Shown here: positions 1-13,633 of the stretch, piece by piece
Layout: each line of letters opens with the position of its first letter
How positions within the stretch are numbered: position 1 is the stretch's first letter
Source of the DNA: Podarcis erhardii
Lineage: Eukaryota
DNA: 64,000 bases
NCBI GenBank assembly: GCA_964252035.1
Contig: OZ176202.1
Strand: one strand, 5' to 3'
The notes under the pieces: model-generated
Databases searched by the model: none
The model's input: the letters and a program-made list of their open reading frames with translations, nothing else
Told to the model about the DNA's origin: nothing
Translations under genes and position numbers: made by a program

Positions 1-874
1 GCATTTAAAATGACATTTCCCACTTGAAATCGTTATTTTCTTCATATGTAGATTTATGCATATTTAAAACTTAATATAGACAAAAATGTATTTAATTTTA
101 CTGGCAACTCTAATAAAAAGATAACAGCTGGAAATCCAGGAGAATCACTGGATCAAAAAGCACACCTTTTCAAGGGGAGCCGAGTACAAATGATCTACCA
201 TTAACTGCCCACCATCTGTCTGGTCTGAGATTCAGTTGATTTGCCTCATTTAGTCCATCACCGACACCATACCGATAGCACCTCAATCCGAATCTCTGGA
301 CAACCTCTCTTGGTAGATGTTCCATAGATGTTTAAGCACACAAAGAACAGAAAGGAACATTGCAGCACCTCACATAATAAATTGCATGAGGTGAAGAAAC
401 ATTCTCCTAGAACCACCTTCTAGGGTGAGTGTGACATATAAGACAAGAATCACCAAATTCCTTCCAATTTCCAACCTAGCCAGTACAAACAAAAATATAA
501 AAAATACATAAAATAAAAATACAAAAATCGGGCAATATACTGCAAAAGAAGCTTACCGAGCATGGAAACTAATGAATGTGGTATTCAGTCATTTGATGTT
601 ATTAAGGCAATCCGAGCTACTACTATTTGCACTTTGTATTGCTTGGACACGTTTTGTGTATGTATGTGATATACTCACAGAATTATAATAATAATTTCAA
701 GCTTCTTCCTATCTTCTTGAAGTCTCAAAAGGGTTTTAAAAAGGAATGTACATAAAATAAAGCACAATTTAGATATTGAATACAATTCAACTCTCCCCTT
801 TTATTATTTTTACTCCCCCCCTCCCACCCACAAGATTTGGTGAACTGTTTGCCTTACACATTCACATCCTATCA

Positions 875-1299
875 TTTTTTTTAAAAAAAATATTTATTAA
901 GGTTTTTTTAGATATAAAATGCACACATAAAACAATCTTGCTTCTATCGCAACAAATTCTTCGCTTCTTTGGACTCCCTCACGTCCCCCTCTCCCATTTA
1001 CGTCGTTAAAAAATTTTTTCCAAACAAATTATCAACTTGTTTACAGTCTCATGTCCACACATTCAAATATAATCTAGCACTTTTTCCAATAAAATTTTTA
1101 TATTTTCTTTAATCTCACTTAGCATCAAATTTAAATCTAGTTTAGTGGTGGCCAATTTTTTATAATCTAGCATCCTTCTTAACATTCAAACAAATTACAA
1201 TGTTTTTGTAGATACATCTTGAATTTCTCCCAGTCTTCCTCCATCTTTTCTTCTCCCAGATCTCGGATTCTGCCAGTCATCTCGGCCAGTTGCATATAG
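875..1299 (-). mobile_element. 5'-truncated L1 LINE (end of ORF2 plus 3' UTR and A-rich tail), same family as 6133-7753
   Basis: The reverse complement matches 7328-7753 closely (ORF2 end ...KHCNL.EC*, 3' UTR, aataaa, A-tail seen as a T-run at 875). 13-bp TSD with one mismatch: tcacatcctatca 862-874 / tcacatcttatca 1300-1312. Confidence 0.92.
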
Positions 1300-3148
1300 T
1301 CACATCTTATCAGCTTTGGTAGGAGGATAATAATTTTATGGGTGTTCCACTGTCAAAAAGATAATCCAAAAGTGAAGGCTTCCCGCCATGGTTTTGATGA
1401 TCCTGCGCTGTTCTGAAGGGTCCTTACCCCCACCACACCACACTCCAAAGCATATTTTCAGGCAGTCCCAAGAATTCCCTTTTTGTGAGTTGAATTCCAT
1501 ACATGAGATTTTGGATCCAACCCAGTTTCTCTTCATTCTACCCATGGTAGATACTGCAAAACAACAACAACTAGTCAAGAGTGTTGTAACTTGAGCTACT
1601 TGAGCTAAGATGTTTCAGCTAAGGGCTCACAGCCAATAATTGCAGCTTGATAGCACACCCATTTGTTTTCTACTACTAACATTTCCTTTTAATAGATTTT
1701 TGAAATTAATCTGTAGGTTCTTCTTTGACAAAGTAAAGAGGTTTATTATCTTTTACATCTCTTTTCCAATGTTTTCCAAGAAGACATCGGAAAATGAATG
1801 TAATAATGAGAAGAAGAAAACCCCCAGTCTCTCTGGTAGTATCACAATACTTATTAGTACAATCCTCACAAAAGCCATAGTCTTTTATCATCAATATTCA
1901 CACTTCTGTTTAAAGAGATGAGCTTGTTCCAGTAAATATATGGCATTATTTCACTGATTCTATGCTGAACAGGACCTAAATCTCTGGGTTTTTGGTTGCT
2001 TCTCATACTGATTCCAACATATTCTGACTGTGAATAATTCACTTGCATCCAGAAAGAAAAGAAGCAATTCCTAATTTATATTTGAATATAAATCAGGAGT
2101 CTATATTTCTTCACCACAACTACTGTCCTTGATTTTTTAAAAAATATAGTACTGTTGCCATGGTTGCAATATAGCAGAATATTCAGTTTACTATCTAGTG
2201 GCAGTGTGCAATACAGTCTGCTTTACTCAAGTGGCTTGAGTGACATCTAAGGGCTGCTTCATGTTACACTTTAGCTCCACAGAAAGCACACACTCACACA
2301 CATGCTTTCTGTGTAGGCAGGAAACAGGGATGACATGAAATAGGCTTTAGATGTCACTAGGAAGCAAATTACATGTTCTGCTGGATTATTGCAGTGCATA
2401 GATTTCATAGAACTGCCATTTCACCTGTGTAAATTGCTAAAACTTGCTCAGTCTCTACTTGTATAGTAAAGCCATGCATGTTGGACTGCCATTATACAAC
2501 CATACTAAGAAAAGGTTAATGCAGTGAAATGATTTATAGGTGTGGTTTTAACCATCAGATATCTGGTTAGGATTACAGACACACATCCAGTATATACCAT
2601 ACGAAGTATATAGTTACATGCACAATTTTTTATTTAAAAAATGAACTAGTTTCCCAAAGAACGGAATTTGGGACACTGGAGGACATGAGTGTTAAAGATA
2701 GATACTGAATAAAAACAAGTGAAGGGATATGAATCATGACAAAAAGGAAGGAATAAATCGAAGGTTATTCGTGACCACTCACCAATCACTGAACAGACCC
2801 CTTCTGATTTTTGTCCTTCACTGGACAATGACCACCATTTCCTTTGAAATTTAGCTTATCAACCAAAGTAAAAAAAATAGAGATTCACACTTTCAACTTT
2901 GGTACTCTACCCTATGCCTGAGCGGAAAACCCAGAGAGCGACCCAGTTTTTACAATCTGGAGATTACCAGCAGCAAGGTAAATCACACCCACATTCCACT
3001 TGCAGGTAGCTGCAGATTGCAAGTTTAAACTGCAAGGGTAAAAAGGTACCACGGACTCACCACGCCATGTTTTAAATATCACTTTGCCCCATGATGTGCA
3101 CCTTAAGTGCTTTCACAGATTTCACAGGTTGTACATTGACAATAAAGG

Positions 3149-3187
<39 letters not shown>
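3149..3187. repeat. (GTT)n microsatellite
   Basis: About 13 perfect tgt/gtt units read directly. Confidence 0.95.
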
Positions 3188-3189
<2 letters not shown>

Positions 3190-4775
3190 CTTCTTTCTGT
3201 ATACATCTGGGCTGCCATATCGTGATCATGGAGCCAAAGACAGGGAGACCCATATATGTTGCTACTACTAGTAATTGCTTAAGCATGAGAAATGCATTCT
3301 GGGATATGACTAGTAGTTTCCCATAGGGCATAAAGACAGTTATATAAGAGGAAGGCTGAATGAGGGCAGCGGAGTAGAATAGGATACAGGTTTTCCCAAA
3401 CACAAGCCAACTCGGTAGCAATACAGTGGACACTTTTTTTCCTAGACCCCTTACTTAAAACTATAACATGGAAAGCTCTCGGGCATCTCTCTCACTCTCG
3501 CACTTCTGTGTAGAAGCATTCTAATCCAAGAATGGCCATTTCTCTTATGGTACCCCAGTGTGTGCTATGATTGTACCCCAGTGTGTGCTATGATGGCAGA
3601 GACTTGGAGGAAACTTCCCTTGACTTCACGTTACCTACACAGTCTCTCTCAGGGCAAACTGTTATATGCCATACCTCTTCTTTAGGGCCAGACTCTGAAA
3701 TATGCATGCAAACCAATGTTGTAATATCAATTAATATCCTAAACGATAAAAGATCTACAGACTTCATCTCTGGGAAATGCAAAAGGTATTTTGGTCTATT
3801 ATTTTAGTATCTGATGAGCTGCAAAAGTACTAAGCTTTATTTCTTCAAAACCTTATAAACCAGATGCATGACGATTATGGACCCCAGTACATCTTTACAA
3901 AGGCATAAAACAGTTCATGGACTTCCTGAAATTAAGCGGCTTGCATATTTGCAGTGAAAAGTAAATACAATAATATATTTTGTGTATTTTCAAGTACTGC
4001 ATAAAGAACCACAGCTGTTATTTAGTTAACAAAGGCTGGCCTGCCCTTCACAACACAGCAGTCAATGCCTGACTCCAGATCACACTGGGGAATCCTTCCT
4101 TCCTGATCAGACTAAAAAAGATTAATTGCCTTGAAAAAGTTTACATAAGTGCATGTAAATGAACAGAGGAAAGGCATGTGTTGCATGGTAAACATCTCCA
4201 GCAGGAGCACAACTGATTCAATCTCTGTGAGAAAAGGCAAAAACAAATTGGTTTTATTGTTGTTATTTAATTTCATTTTCTGCCGTTGCCATTTATTTGA
4301 TATGTCAGTCACGTATGCACTGGGCAGGGCAGGGCAAACTCGAAAGCCTTCCAAGCTCACACTACCAACTGGAGGCAAAAAATCTATCAGCAGGCATTTT
4401 GGAAGCACACATACCACAAGGATGATCTTGTGCAGATTGTCAAGCATTCCCTGGCACTGATTAATGTGAAAATCAATGTGGGCTTTCCCACAGGAGTAAG
4501 GGAAGCAGGATAAGGCTCATCACTCTTAATCACGGTAAATGGCTTTCTAGATCGTGAGATAACATTTGGAAAGTTAGGCATTATTTTCTGGTCCTCTCTT
4601 GTTTTTCAGATGAGAATGAACAAATGAAATAAAAGGAAGATTCAATATAATACGGCACAGCAGAATTAATCCTATAACCAGACAAGTGGGGCTGGGGGCA
4701 AAGGGAACGAGTTCTGGTCTCCAGGTGAAGTCGTTCAGCTCATATAATGACTCTGCTGGATTAAACCCACTGCTT

Positions 4776-4909
4776 CAGAGGTGGCTTGCCTGTGGCCTTC
4801 CATATGTTGGACTACAAATCCCATCAGTCTGAACCAACATGCCCAATAGTCATGAACAACGGCAGCAACATCCAGTAGCATCTGGAGGGCCACAGGCTAG
4901 ACACTCCTG
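4776..4909. mobile_element. Short palindromic hAT-type MITE remnant (squamate ggactacaactcccatca family)
   Basis: Imperfect terminal inverted repeats (cagaggtggcttgcctgtggccttcc / ggagggccacaggctagacactcctg) and an internal ggactacaaatcccatca motif. No clean TSD. Confidence 0.6.
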
Positions 4910-6132
4910 GCTTATATAACACAGAAAGTTTGGAGATGTTATTTCCTTCCAAGAAAGGGAGGATGTGCCCCATAAAAGCGTAGAGACCCGCAAAGTGCTG
5001 CAGAGGATGGTACTGAAACACGTTCTCTGTAAGTTGATGCTTTAACATTATCTAAGGCTGCTTTGTATATAAATAAATGGATTCTCCACTTGGAAATACA
5101 ATACAGAAAGCTATTTAGCTGTGGATTTGTCTGAAGTATAACTACAGGTTATGAATCATAATGCTGCATGAATCTACAGGAGGTACAGTATTGATGGGTA
5201 TTTTGAATCCATCCTGTATTTTTCTCCCTCTGCGCAGAATTTTAATCATGCAGAAAAAGAGGACCAACCCTTTTAGGATGTTAAAGTCATAATGCTACTT
5301 GAGAATTTATATTCTAAGAAGCAAACACCTTACGTTCTTTCTGCCATCCTTCCTCCAGTGTCCTTTCCTTACTCTCCAGGAATAGGAAGAAACAGACCTG
5401 GGCTGGCAATATGAGAGCAACAGAGACTGTTATGTGGGTCATGCAATGAAGGAGGCAGTTCCTTGTTCCCTAAGACATGCAGCTGCCCAAAGGCGAAATT
5501 CTGACCTCAAATAGATCTAAATCTCACTGACAGCTCAAGGCAGAACCAGAGATTTGTTTCTCAGCTATGGCAACAATTTTAGCTTGATTTGTAACACGGA
5601 ATTAGTTAATTTTATCAGCTGGCTTAGACCAGCCAAATTTCTTTCCAGAATTTCATTTAGGCTCACAACGCAGTTCATTAAATTAACAAGGGCACTGAAA
5701 AAAATCTACATGTGCTGAGAATAATATTGTAGAATAAAAACCCCATATATGTTCCAGTTTTATTTCAGTGAGCTTTTGGAGGTCACCATCTTTTAAAGTA
5801 CTGCTGCTGCCTTTTCAGTTGAGATTGTCAAAAATAAACAATAGGTTTGTTAATGCAAGGAAAAGGATGAGCAAGATCCAGATCCACAGCCCCAAGAACC
5901 TGGCGAACTATTTTTTTGGCTGATTATTGCATTGGTTCTTAAAGAGAAAACATTTTCTAGGTTTGGGGTAATCCACACGGCTGTCTCATCATTTGGTTGG
6001 GCCTGATTATAACCTTTGGATTATCTTAATCTATTGGCCATGTAACCAGAGTGATCAAATGTGAGAGAGGAACAGGGCTCCTATATCTTAAATAATTCCA
6101 AATATGGGATTAGAGTAGGATCACCATATCAT

Positions 6133-7753
6133 ATCATGTATTGCCAAAAATGTTGTTTTTGTTTCAAACATTACAGATTGTGGATAAAACGGAGTGCTTC
6201 CGGAAGTGGCAGAAAGATATATCTAAATTTGTCTGGCAGGGCAAAAAGCCCAGAATTAAGTTTAAGATATTAACAGATGCGAAAGAAAGAGGGGGCTTTG
6301 CCCTGCCAGACTTAAAGTTGTACTATGAAGCCGCAGCTTTCTGCTGGCTAAAAGATTGGCTACTTCTCGAAGACACTGACGTACTGGACCTGGAAGGTTT
6401 TAACAATGCTTTTGGTTGGCATGCATACTTATGGTATGACAAAGTTAAGATCAATAAGGCCTTTAAGAACCATATTGTCAGGAAAGCAGTGTTTAATGTC
6501 TGGACAAAATATAAAGACTTATTGGAAAATAAAACTCCAAGGTGGCTTTCACCTCTGGAGGCTAAGGCCCGAAAAAGACCCAATATGGAGGCCAAATGGC
6601 CAAAATATTGGGAAATATTAGAAAAAGATGGAGACAATTGGAAATTGCAGAGTTTGGAGAAAATGAAGGATAAGGTGCGAGACTGGTTACATTATGCTCA
6701 GATTAAAGAAGTTTTTAAAAATGACAAAAAGTTAGGGTTCCAGGTGGAGAAATCGAAGTTAGAAACAGAATTGTTAGAACCAAAGACCAAGGTACTATCT
6801 AGAATGTATAACTTGCTGCTAAAATGGAATACACAAGACGAAATGGTTAAATCGGCTATGATAAAATGGGCACAGGACATTGGGCATAACATTATGTTTG
6901 AGGACTGGGAAAGGTTGTGGACCACTGGGCTGAACTTCACCGCATGTAATGTTCTGAAGGAAAATGTAATGAAAATGATATATAGATGGTACATGACCCC
7001 AGTTAAACTTGCCAAAATATACCATTCGTCTGATAATAAATGTTGGAAATGCAGAGAAAATGAAGGAACATTCTTTCACCTCTGGTGGACATGCCCTAAG
7101 GTGAAGGCTTTCTGGGAAATGATATATAACGAGCTGAAAAAGGTATTTAAGTATACCTTCACAAAGAAACCAGAGGCCTTCCTTCTGGGTATTGTCGGCC
7201 AGAAGGTGTTAAAGAAGGATCGAACATTTTTTATGTATGCAACAACGGCAGCAAGGATTCTCATCGCAAAAAACTGGAAAACTCAAGATTTACCCACACT
7301 GGAAGAGTGGCAGATGCAGCTGATGGACTATATGCAACTGGCCGAGATGACCGGCAGAATCCGTGATCTGGGAGAAGAGAAGATGGAGGAAGACTGGGAG
7401 AAATTCAAGATGTATCTACAAAAACATTGTAATTTGGTTGAATGTTAAGAAGGATGCTAGATTATAAAAAACTGGCCACCACTAAACTAGATTTAAATTT
7501 GATGATAAGTGAGACTAAAGAAAATATAAAATTTTTTGGAAGAAGTGCTAGATTATATTTGAATGAATGGACATGAGATTGTAAACAAGTTGATAATTTG
7601 TTTGGAAAAAAATTTTTAACGATGTAAATGGGAGCGGGAGACGTGAGGGAGTCCAAAGAAGTGATGAAATTGTTGTAATAGAAGTAAGATTGTTTATTAT
7701 GTGTGCATTTTTATTTAAAAACCTTAATAAATATTTATTAAAAAAAAAAAAAA
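6133..7753 (+). mobile_element. Young 5'-truncated L1 LINE insertion (about 1.6 kb)
   Basis: Perfect 16-bp TSD aggatcaccatatcat at 6117-6132 and 7754-7769; aataaa at 7726-7731 followed by poly(A) at 7740-7753; uninterrupted ORF2 C-terminal frame. Confidence 0.96.
6141..7448 (+). pseudogene. L1 ORF2 C-terminal fragment (435 aa) with CCHC zinc knuckle; lacks endonuclease and RT core
   Basis: LPKMLFLFQ...GGFALPDLKLYYEAA is the typical L1 post-RT region; CWKCRENEGTFFHLWWTC fits CX2CX8HX4C; no internal stops. Confidence 0.93.
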
Positions 7754-8784
7754 AGGATCACCATATCATTTCACAACAATGGAGAGGGCAGAAAATCTTC
7801 AGCGGCAGAAAGTTGGTATTTCAGCTGTTTCAAAGGAGCAGAATCTCTGTGGTGTGCCACATTACAAGGAAATTTTCATAAATCCTGTGGAAATATGTAA
7901 GTTGCAGAATCATACACATAACTCAGAAGAAAGAACAGGACACACACCCATTTTTTCTGTCTTAGAATATTTCACAGTACTAGCTAGGGAGATACAGCAA
8001 CTACTTATATTCTCCTGCATATGGCTATTTCACTTCCAAAGAACAAAATAGAAACAGTGGCTGAGAAAGCATATGAGAAGCAATAATTCCCTCTAACACA
8101 CACTTAATAAAGCTAAGAAGTGTTATTTTGCCTGCTGAGAAGTGTTTTAATTAATGTCTACTGTGCAAATTGCCAACCGTATGAGCAGCAACAGCTTCCT
8201 TTAAAATATATATATATCCTTGGAATTGTATACTTCCCTCAAAACACACAGATTTACATCTATGGCTTTCTGTGCAGCAAGGACATTCCATAGCCATCAA
8301 GAGAGAAGAGTTAATTTGATTTTATAACCTACAAGATTTTAAAAATGATTTAAGGATCATGTTTGCTGGTGGGCTAAAAGCTATGTCTTTCTGAAAGCAC
8401 TGGAAACATTTCCTTCTTCTAATTCCTATTGGTGTGTTGTCTGACCCTGCCCTGATAGAACATAACTGCTCTCTTTAGCCCGCTGACATCAGCAGAGTCT
8501 GTGTGATCAATCACAGCTGACGGTCTCATGAGATTGAAACAGCCAGAGTAGCTAAGGGTGCTGAGATGTTGTCTGTGAGCAATAATTTTGAAGAGCCTGG
8601 TGCCTCATTTCTGAAACCACAATATACCATGAGGAAAGAGAGTGTAGGGTCTCTTTCCCTGCTGTAGTGCTGATTTATATAATACTGTATTTCCTTTTCA
8701 GGAAACCTGCATTTAGTTTTCTATACACGATGTACGTAAGGTGTATACTTCCAAAGATTACATTGAGGGGGGAAATCAGGAAAA

Positions 8785-8824
8785 AGGAAGGAAGGAAGGA
8801 AGGAAGGAAGGAAGGAAGGAAGGA
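8785..8824. repeat. (GGAA)n microsatellite
   Basis: About 10 ggaa units. Confidence 0.9.
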
Positions 8825-9007
8825 AAGAAAGAAGATTAACAACAAGAAAGAGCAGGAGAGTCTGAGAGGAGTAGTGGGAGAAAGGTGAAGGAATAATTCA
8901 ATGACAGAAATACAGAAATATATTAATACTACTAACATTTTTTTTTAAAAAAATCCTACTTTAAAAAATAGTGTATATGGTCAGTGACTAATATAAACCT
9001 GCCATCT

Positions 9008-9240
9008 TTGTGGTACGTCCGCAGCCACCTTTATATGTATACCTGGAGTACTGTGTCAAGTTCTGGGTACCACAATTTTATAAGGATATTGACAAGCTGG
9101 AATGTGTGCAGAAGAGGGAAACAAAGATGATCAAAGGTCTGGAAACCAAGCCTTATGAGGAATGGTCGAAGGAGCTGAGTATTTTTAGGCTGGAAAAGAG
9201 GAGGCTGAGAGGAGATATGACAGCCATTTTCAAATATCTT
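9008..9240 (+). mobile_element. CR1 LINE ORF2 3' fragment
   Basis: Translates to [40 protein letters not shown]...[17 protein letters not shown], the conserved CR1 ORF2 C-terminal motif. Confidence 0.88.
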
Positions 9241-9977
9241 TTCAGTTTTATCTTTTTATACTTGTATAATATATTGTTGTAACATGGCATAGGACCTTAA
9301 GATTAAGCATGAATAAGAAATCTTATAAATAAATATAAATAACGAATACATTTTCTGCTACTTATTTATTTTTCATTTTATTTCTAAAAAAATTTATATA
9401 CCACTATTCATAAAAACTATCAGTTTATAATAGTTATACATCTCTGTAATCGAGCTGGGATATAACCTACACCTAAGTTGTCCAGGGCTTTACAAATCAA
9501 CACAAGGACCTTGGCTTGGTAACAGCTGGGCAGCCAGTCCATATGTTGTGACAATGATGTCAGCATGCTGTTGGCCAGGGGCCCCCAAGCTTCAAGACCA
9601 CCTTTCTATCTCCATGTGCCTAAGCTTAGAGCATCATGATAACGATATGGAACTGTTAGTATAAATTTTTTCCTTCAGAGTACCTAAGAGTTCTCATATA
9701 AGACCTTCCCTCTTGAAGGACAGATTTAATCTCAGATACAGCTCACCATGAATGTCTTCAATTGCTCTTGCAAGCTGTAACAGTAGAATGGGTGCACTTA
9801 TATCATAGTCTCAGCAGTTATTAAGAAAGGAGCTCAACTTATACCAGAACTTCCACTGAAAGAATAAGCCATCAGAACTTTTTTTTCCAAAAACACACAC
9901 ACACCAAAAAAACACACAAGAAAAATCACTACCAACATAAGCTTGATAATCAGGAGCCAATGATTAACTCAAGTAAG

Positions 9978-9988
9978 CCAATAATAAC

Positions 9989-10026
<38 letters not shown>

Positions 10027-10290
10027 ATTATTCATATGACGCCCATCTGACTGGGTTGTCTCAGCCACTCTGAGCAGCTTCCAATAAATTATAAAACCAT
10101 AGTAATACATCAAATATTAAAAACTTCCCTATACAGAGCTGCCTTCAGATGTCTTCTAAAAGTCAGATAGTTGTTTATTTTGTTGACATCTGACATGAGG
10201 ACTTTCCACAGGGTCAGCACGACTACCAAGAAGGCCCTCTGCCTGATACCCTGTAGCCTCATTCTTGCAATGACGGAACCACCAAAAGGC
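9978..10290 (-). mobile_element. L2-clade LINE 3' fragment with (TTA)n tail
   Basis: The cccatctgactgggttgtctcagccactctg...ctgccttcagatgtcttctaaaagtcagatag block is shared with 30850-31140, and its first part with 43367-43495. The (aat)n run at 9980-10024 is the tail. Confidence 0.8.
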
Positions 10291-11211
10291 ATTAACCAAC
10301 TTCACAACATTCATAATATTTGCCTTAATGTACAAGTCAAGAAACTGAGTAAGCAAAGCTACATACTGGATAGAATGGTAGGCTGTGACAGATCTGGTGC
10401 TATTTAATATATTTGAATCAGTCAGTAGCAATTAAGACTGTCTATACAGTATATGTTTTCAGAATAAGAGCTTATTCTGTATATTATATGCACAAAGAAA
10501 TTCAGTGTCACAGCAATAAAATATCTACTATTAAGAGGTAACAGGGGCAACTAATAGCCTTGGAAGACTATTTCCTGAAGAAATTCAGTTTGTCGTGTCC
10601 TACAAAGGAGTCATGGAGAGAATGAAGCAGAAGCTCCAGTTCTGTAGGATGCAAACTTGGACCATTCTGAGAGCAAGTCATATAAATATTTCAGCAGTGA
10701 CTCATCTGAGCCAGAGGCATCCTCTTATGAGTCATCTAGTCTGTCCCTTGGAGTCACTGCAAAACTGATGTCTAAGCCCATGATTTGCTAGGTTTGTAAA
10801 TAGACCGTATATCCCATGGGGCCACCTGACCTCTCAAACATTTTTTGTTCATACGTACATCCCTTCTTGTTGAAATACATCATGTGAAAGCCAGATATAT
10901 AGTCTTTAGATTCAAACAACAAGGTCCAAAAACAGATATCAGGAATTGTTCCTCTCTAGCAGCTTGTTAAGAAGCACTGCTGTAGGCATGAATTTCCTTC
11001 CTTAACTTTGCCATTATATGTTCAAGTGTGCAGCAATCATGATACTGTGTGACGGAAGGGCTTTAGTATATTTCAGATAGATATACACTTCTAAGATTAA
11101 TTGGAAATGAGACCCCTCTACAGAATGTCTAACTAGCACAAATGCTCAGCATTATAACAGTACTGGAATGACCACATGCATATTCAGTCCTTCAAATCTT
11201 CAGAACAGTCT

Positions 11212-11358
11212 TCACTATTCTGGTGCCTTCCAGATATTTTGGACTACAGTTCCTATCAGTCCCACTCAGCACATGCTGACTGGTACTGACAGATCCTCTG
11301 GCCTAGACTGATGGGAGTTGAAGTCCAAAACATCTAGGCACCTGGTTGGTGTAGGCTG
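11212..11358. mobile_element. Short palindromic hAT-type MITE remnant
   Basis: tggtgccttccagatattttggactacagttcc ... gggagttgaagtccaaaacatctaggcacctggttggtgtaggctg form inverted arms; related to 4776-4909. Confidence 0.6.
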
Positions 11359-13588
11359 AAGAAGACACACCTGATGGGATTTGAATCATTATGACATGGA
11401 AAATAAAAGAGTTTTAACAACGTTGATTGAAACATGCATCCATTGGGATGCACATCCATGGTGACACCTGCTTTCTATTGGGAGTAAACCTATGAAGTTT
11501 TGCACTACATTTGGCCTTCTATGAATATTCTATCAAACTCACAGATAAAAAAAAAAAATTGTGTATTTTAGTTGAGTATATTTATATTTTTTTCGTCATT
11601 GGTTTTATACCCATTAACTGTTTAGAAAGCACCTTGGCAATTAAGTGGCTAATAATAATAATAATAGTCAACACATGCCTTTAAATTGCTGATGCAACCC
11701 TATAAAGCTCCCCTCCTCCTGGCCACACAGCTGAGTCAACTCTTTCACCCTAGTTCCCACCTTCCAGGCTCCAGAATGCATAAGATTGGGACTGGAGGCA
11801 CTGGAATGAGTTTTTGATGAACCATAAGTGGCACGTCCACTTTTCCATAATCCTTTATTCCATTAATGGTCTACATTAGTCCATGGTTTAAATTATCCTC
11901 TTGACCCACTTTGCAGCCAAAGATAACCAGGATAAACTGAGTTTAAAACCAATTACTTCTTTCAATCAAATACTTGCCACCTACAATATATAACTGGTTT
12001 CATAGTTGTAAAAAGGTTACTTCATTGCAATGCACTATCTTCCTCTCTAAATAGTGAGTAGAAATATTCACTAACACTGCAACCCACAGCAACACAAACC
12101 ATACTCCATTGTGCACAAGCAAAAATTCAGACACCCAAGAGCTATTATTGGAAGTCTTCATTTCCAGTAAGAGAAGGTACAAATGAACAGCAACACAAAA
12201 GTTTTGCACTTAGAACAGAATGAAGAAGAAAGAAAAGAAGTGAGTCAAGAATATTGGTCTATACAGTTTAAATTCAACTGAAAGAATTTACTTCCAAGCA
12301 AGTGAGCTAAGAATCAGGGTGATAAGTGGATAGATGGAAATCTTTTTACATTACTGGATTCATTTTTCCAATATTATGTTTACCAATGTTTGTTTTTCTC
12401 TTTGGGGCAAGGGTTCATTTTAGAACAATATACAACAGCTAAACTCAGGTATGTTTAGCTACTCTTAAAAATGGAAAATGTTGTTTGGAAAACATTATAA
12501 AGTAGAGCTAGTATTTCAGAATTAACACAAATGCTTATCTGTATTGAAAGGCTTGAAAGTATTTTGACAAACATTCTGAAAAATTATTGAGATTGTAAAC
12601 AAATTCTGATTTGGTCAACTCATTCTACTTATTTTTATTTTCTGGGAGATTTAAAGTACTAAATCGTGGGAAATAAATTAAAAAAGAATTTCCCAAAGAA
12701 AGCTTCTTATTTTTTTAATAATCCACCACACACAAGTACAAACACTAAGAGCTGCCTCTGTTGGTCAAAATATAGCTTTTCATTTCCATCCATGTTTATG
12801 TCATATTCTAACTGGAGCAGCAAGAGTTCTCAACAGATTCATTATTTGTTGGTAGAATATAAAAAGAACCCTATAACTCTCAGTTAGTTCGCCACTGCAG
12901 AGCAATGTCATTAAAAAAGCAAAAAAAAAACAACCCCCAAAAAATGACCTAAGACCACATATACCAATGAAAGATTACAGAACCTGAATAGTTTCTAAAG
13001 GAACAGTGGGTGATATTAGTTACCTTTGGTATACAAAACTAAGAATTCCAAGCTGTCATAGGAGCTTTCATATACACCAAGTTCCACGACCCACGCAAAC
13101 ATAGCAAGCTCTAAATGCATAGCAAAGTCTGTAGGGGGCTTTGTTGGATTCAGGCAAATTCTGAATCCTGAGCTGAAGCAGGATGCTATGGCGGGACCTG
13201 GGGCTTTTCAGAGGCAAAGTGGGACCCGTACAAAGCAGCACAAGTGAAAGGAGGCCCCTCTGAAGCAATTAAGTGCTCCAGATGTTTAAAAGACACTGAA
13301 GACAAGTATCTACTAGAAGGAAAATAGTAAAGGCCTCTTGAGCTTACCATGTATGAAATGAAGAAGCTTGGACCAGTGTTGAGAATTCTCTGAAGCACTG
13401 AATTGGGGTCCAAACCAAATGTTATGGTCAGTGCACATAAGTAAAGATACATATCAAAAGATCCATGTATTTGAGTGGGCAGTCCATCTGCGCACAACTA
13501 TCTGCATCACAATGTATATGGGATCCAGTGGTGGGGGTGAGAATTAGGTTAAGCTCAGGTAGTACTTAGATTCTGTTTATTTTAATGA

Positions 13589-13632
<44 letters not shown>
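13589..13632. repeat. (ATT)n microsatellite
   Basis: About 14 att units. Confidence 0.9.

Positions 13633-13633
<1 letters not shown>

Noticed and set aside
3084-3433. ORFs with poly-Val/poly-Thr tracts (similarly poly-Met at 43366, RE/SL repeats at 20618-20779, HT/VC repeats at 31017-31312)
   Set aside because: These are translations of microsatellites.
10561-10582. tggaagacta resembles the start of miR-7
   Set aside because: Only the first 10 nt match and there is no precursor hairpin.
13024-13137. Possible minus-strand exon (FAMHLELAMFAWVVELGVYESSYDSLEFLVLYTK)
   Set aside because: Weak acceptor, lies next to degenerate repeat-like sequence, and the peptide is not recognised.
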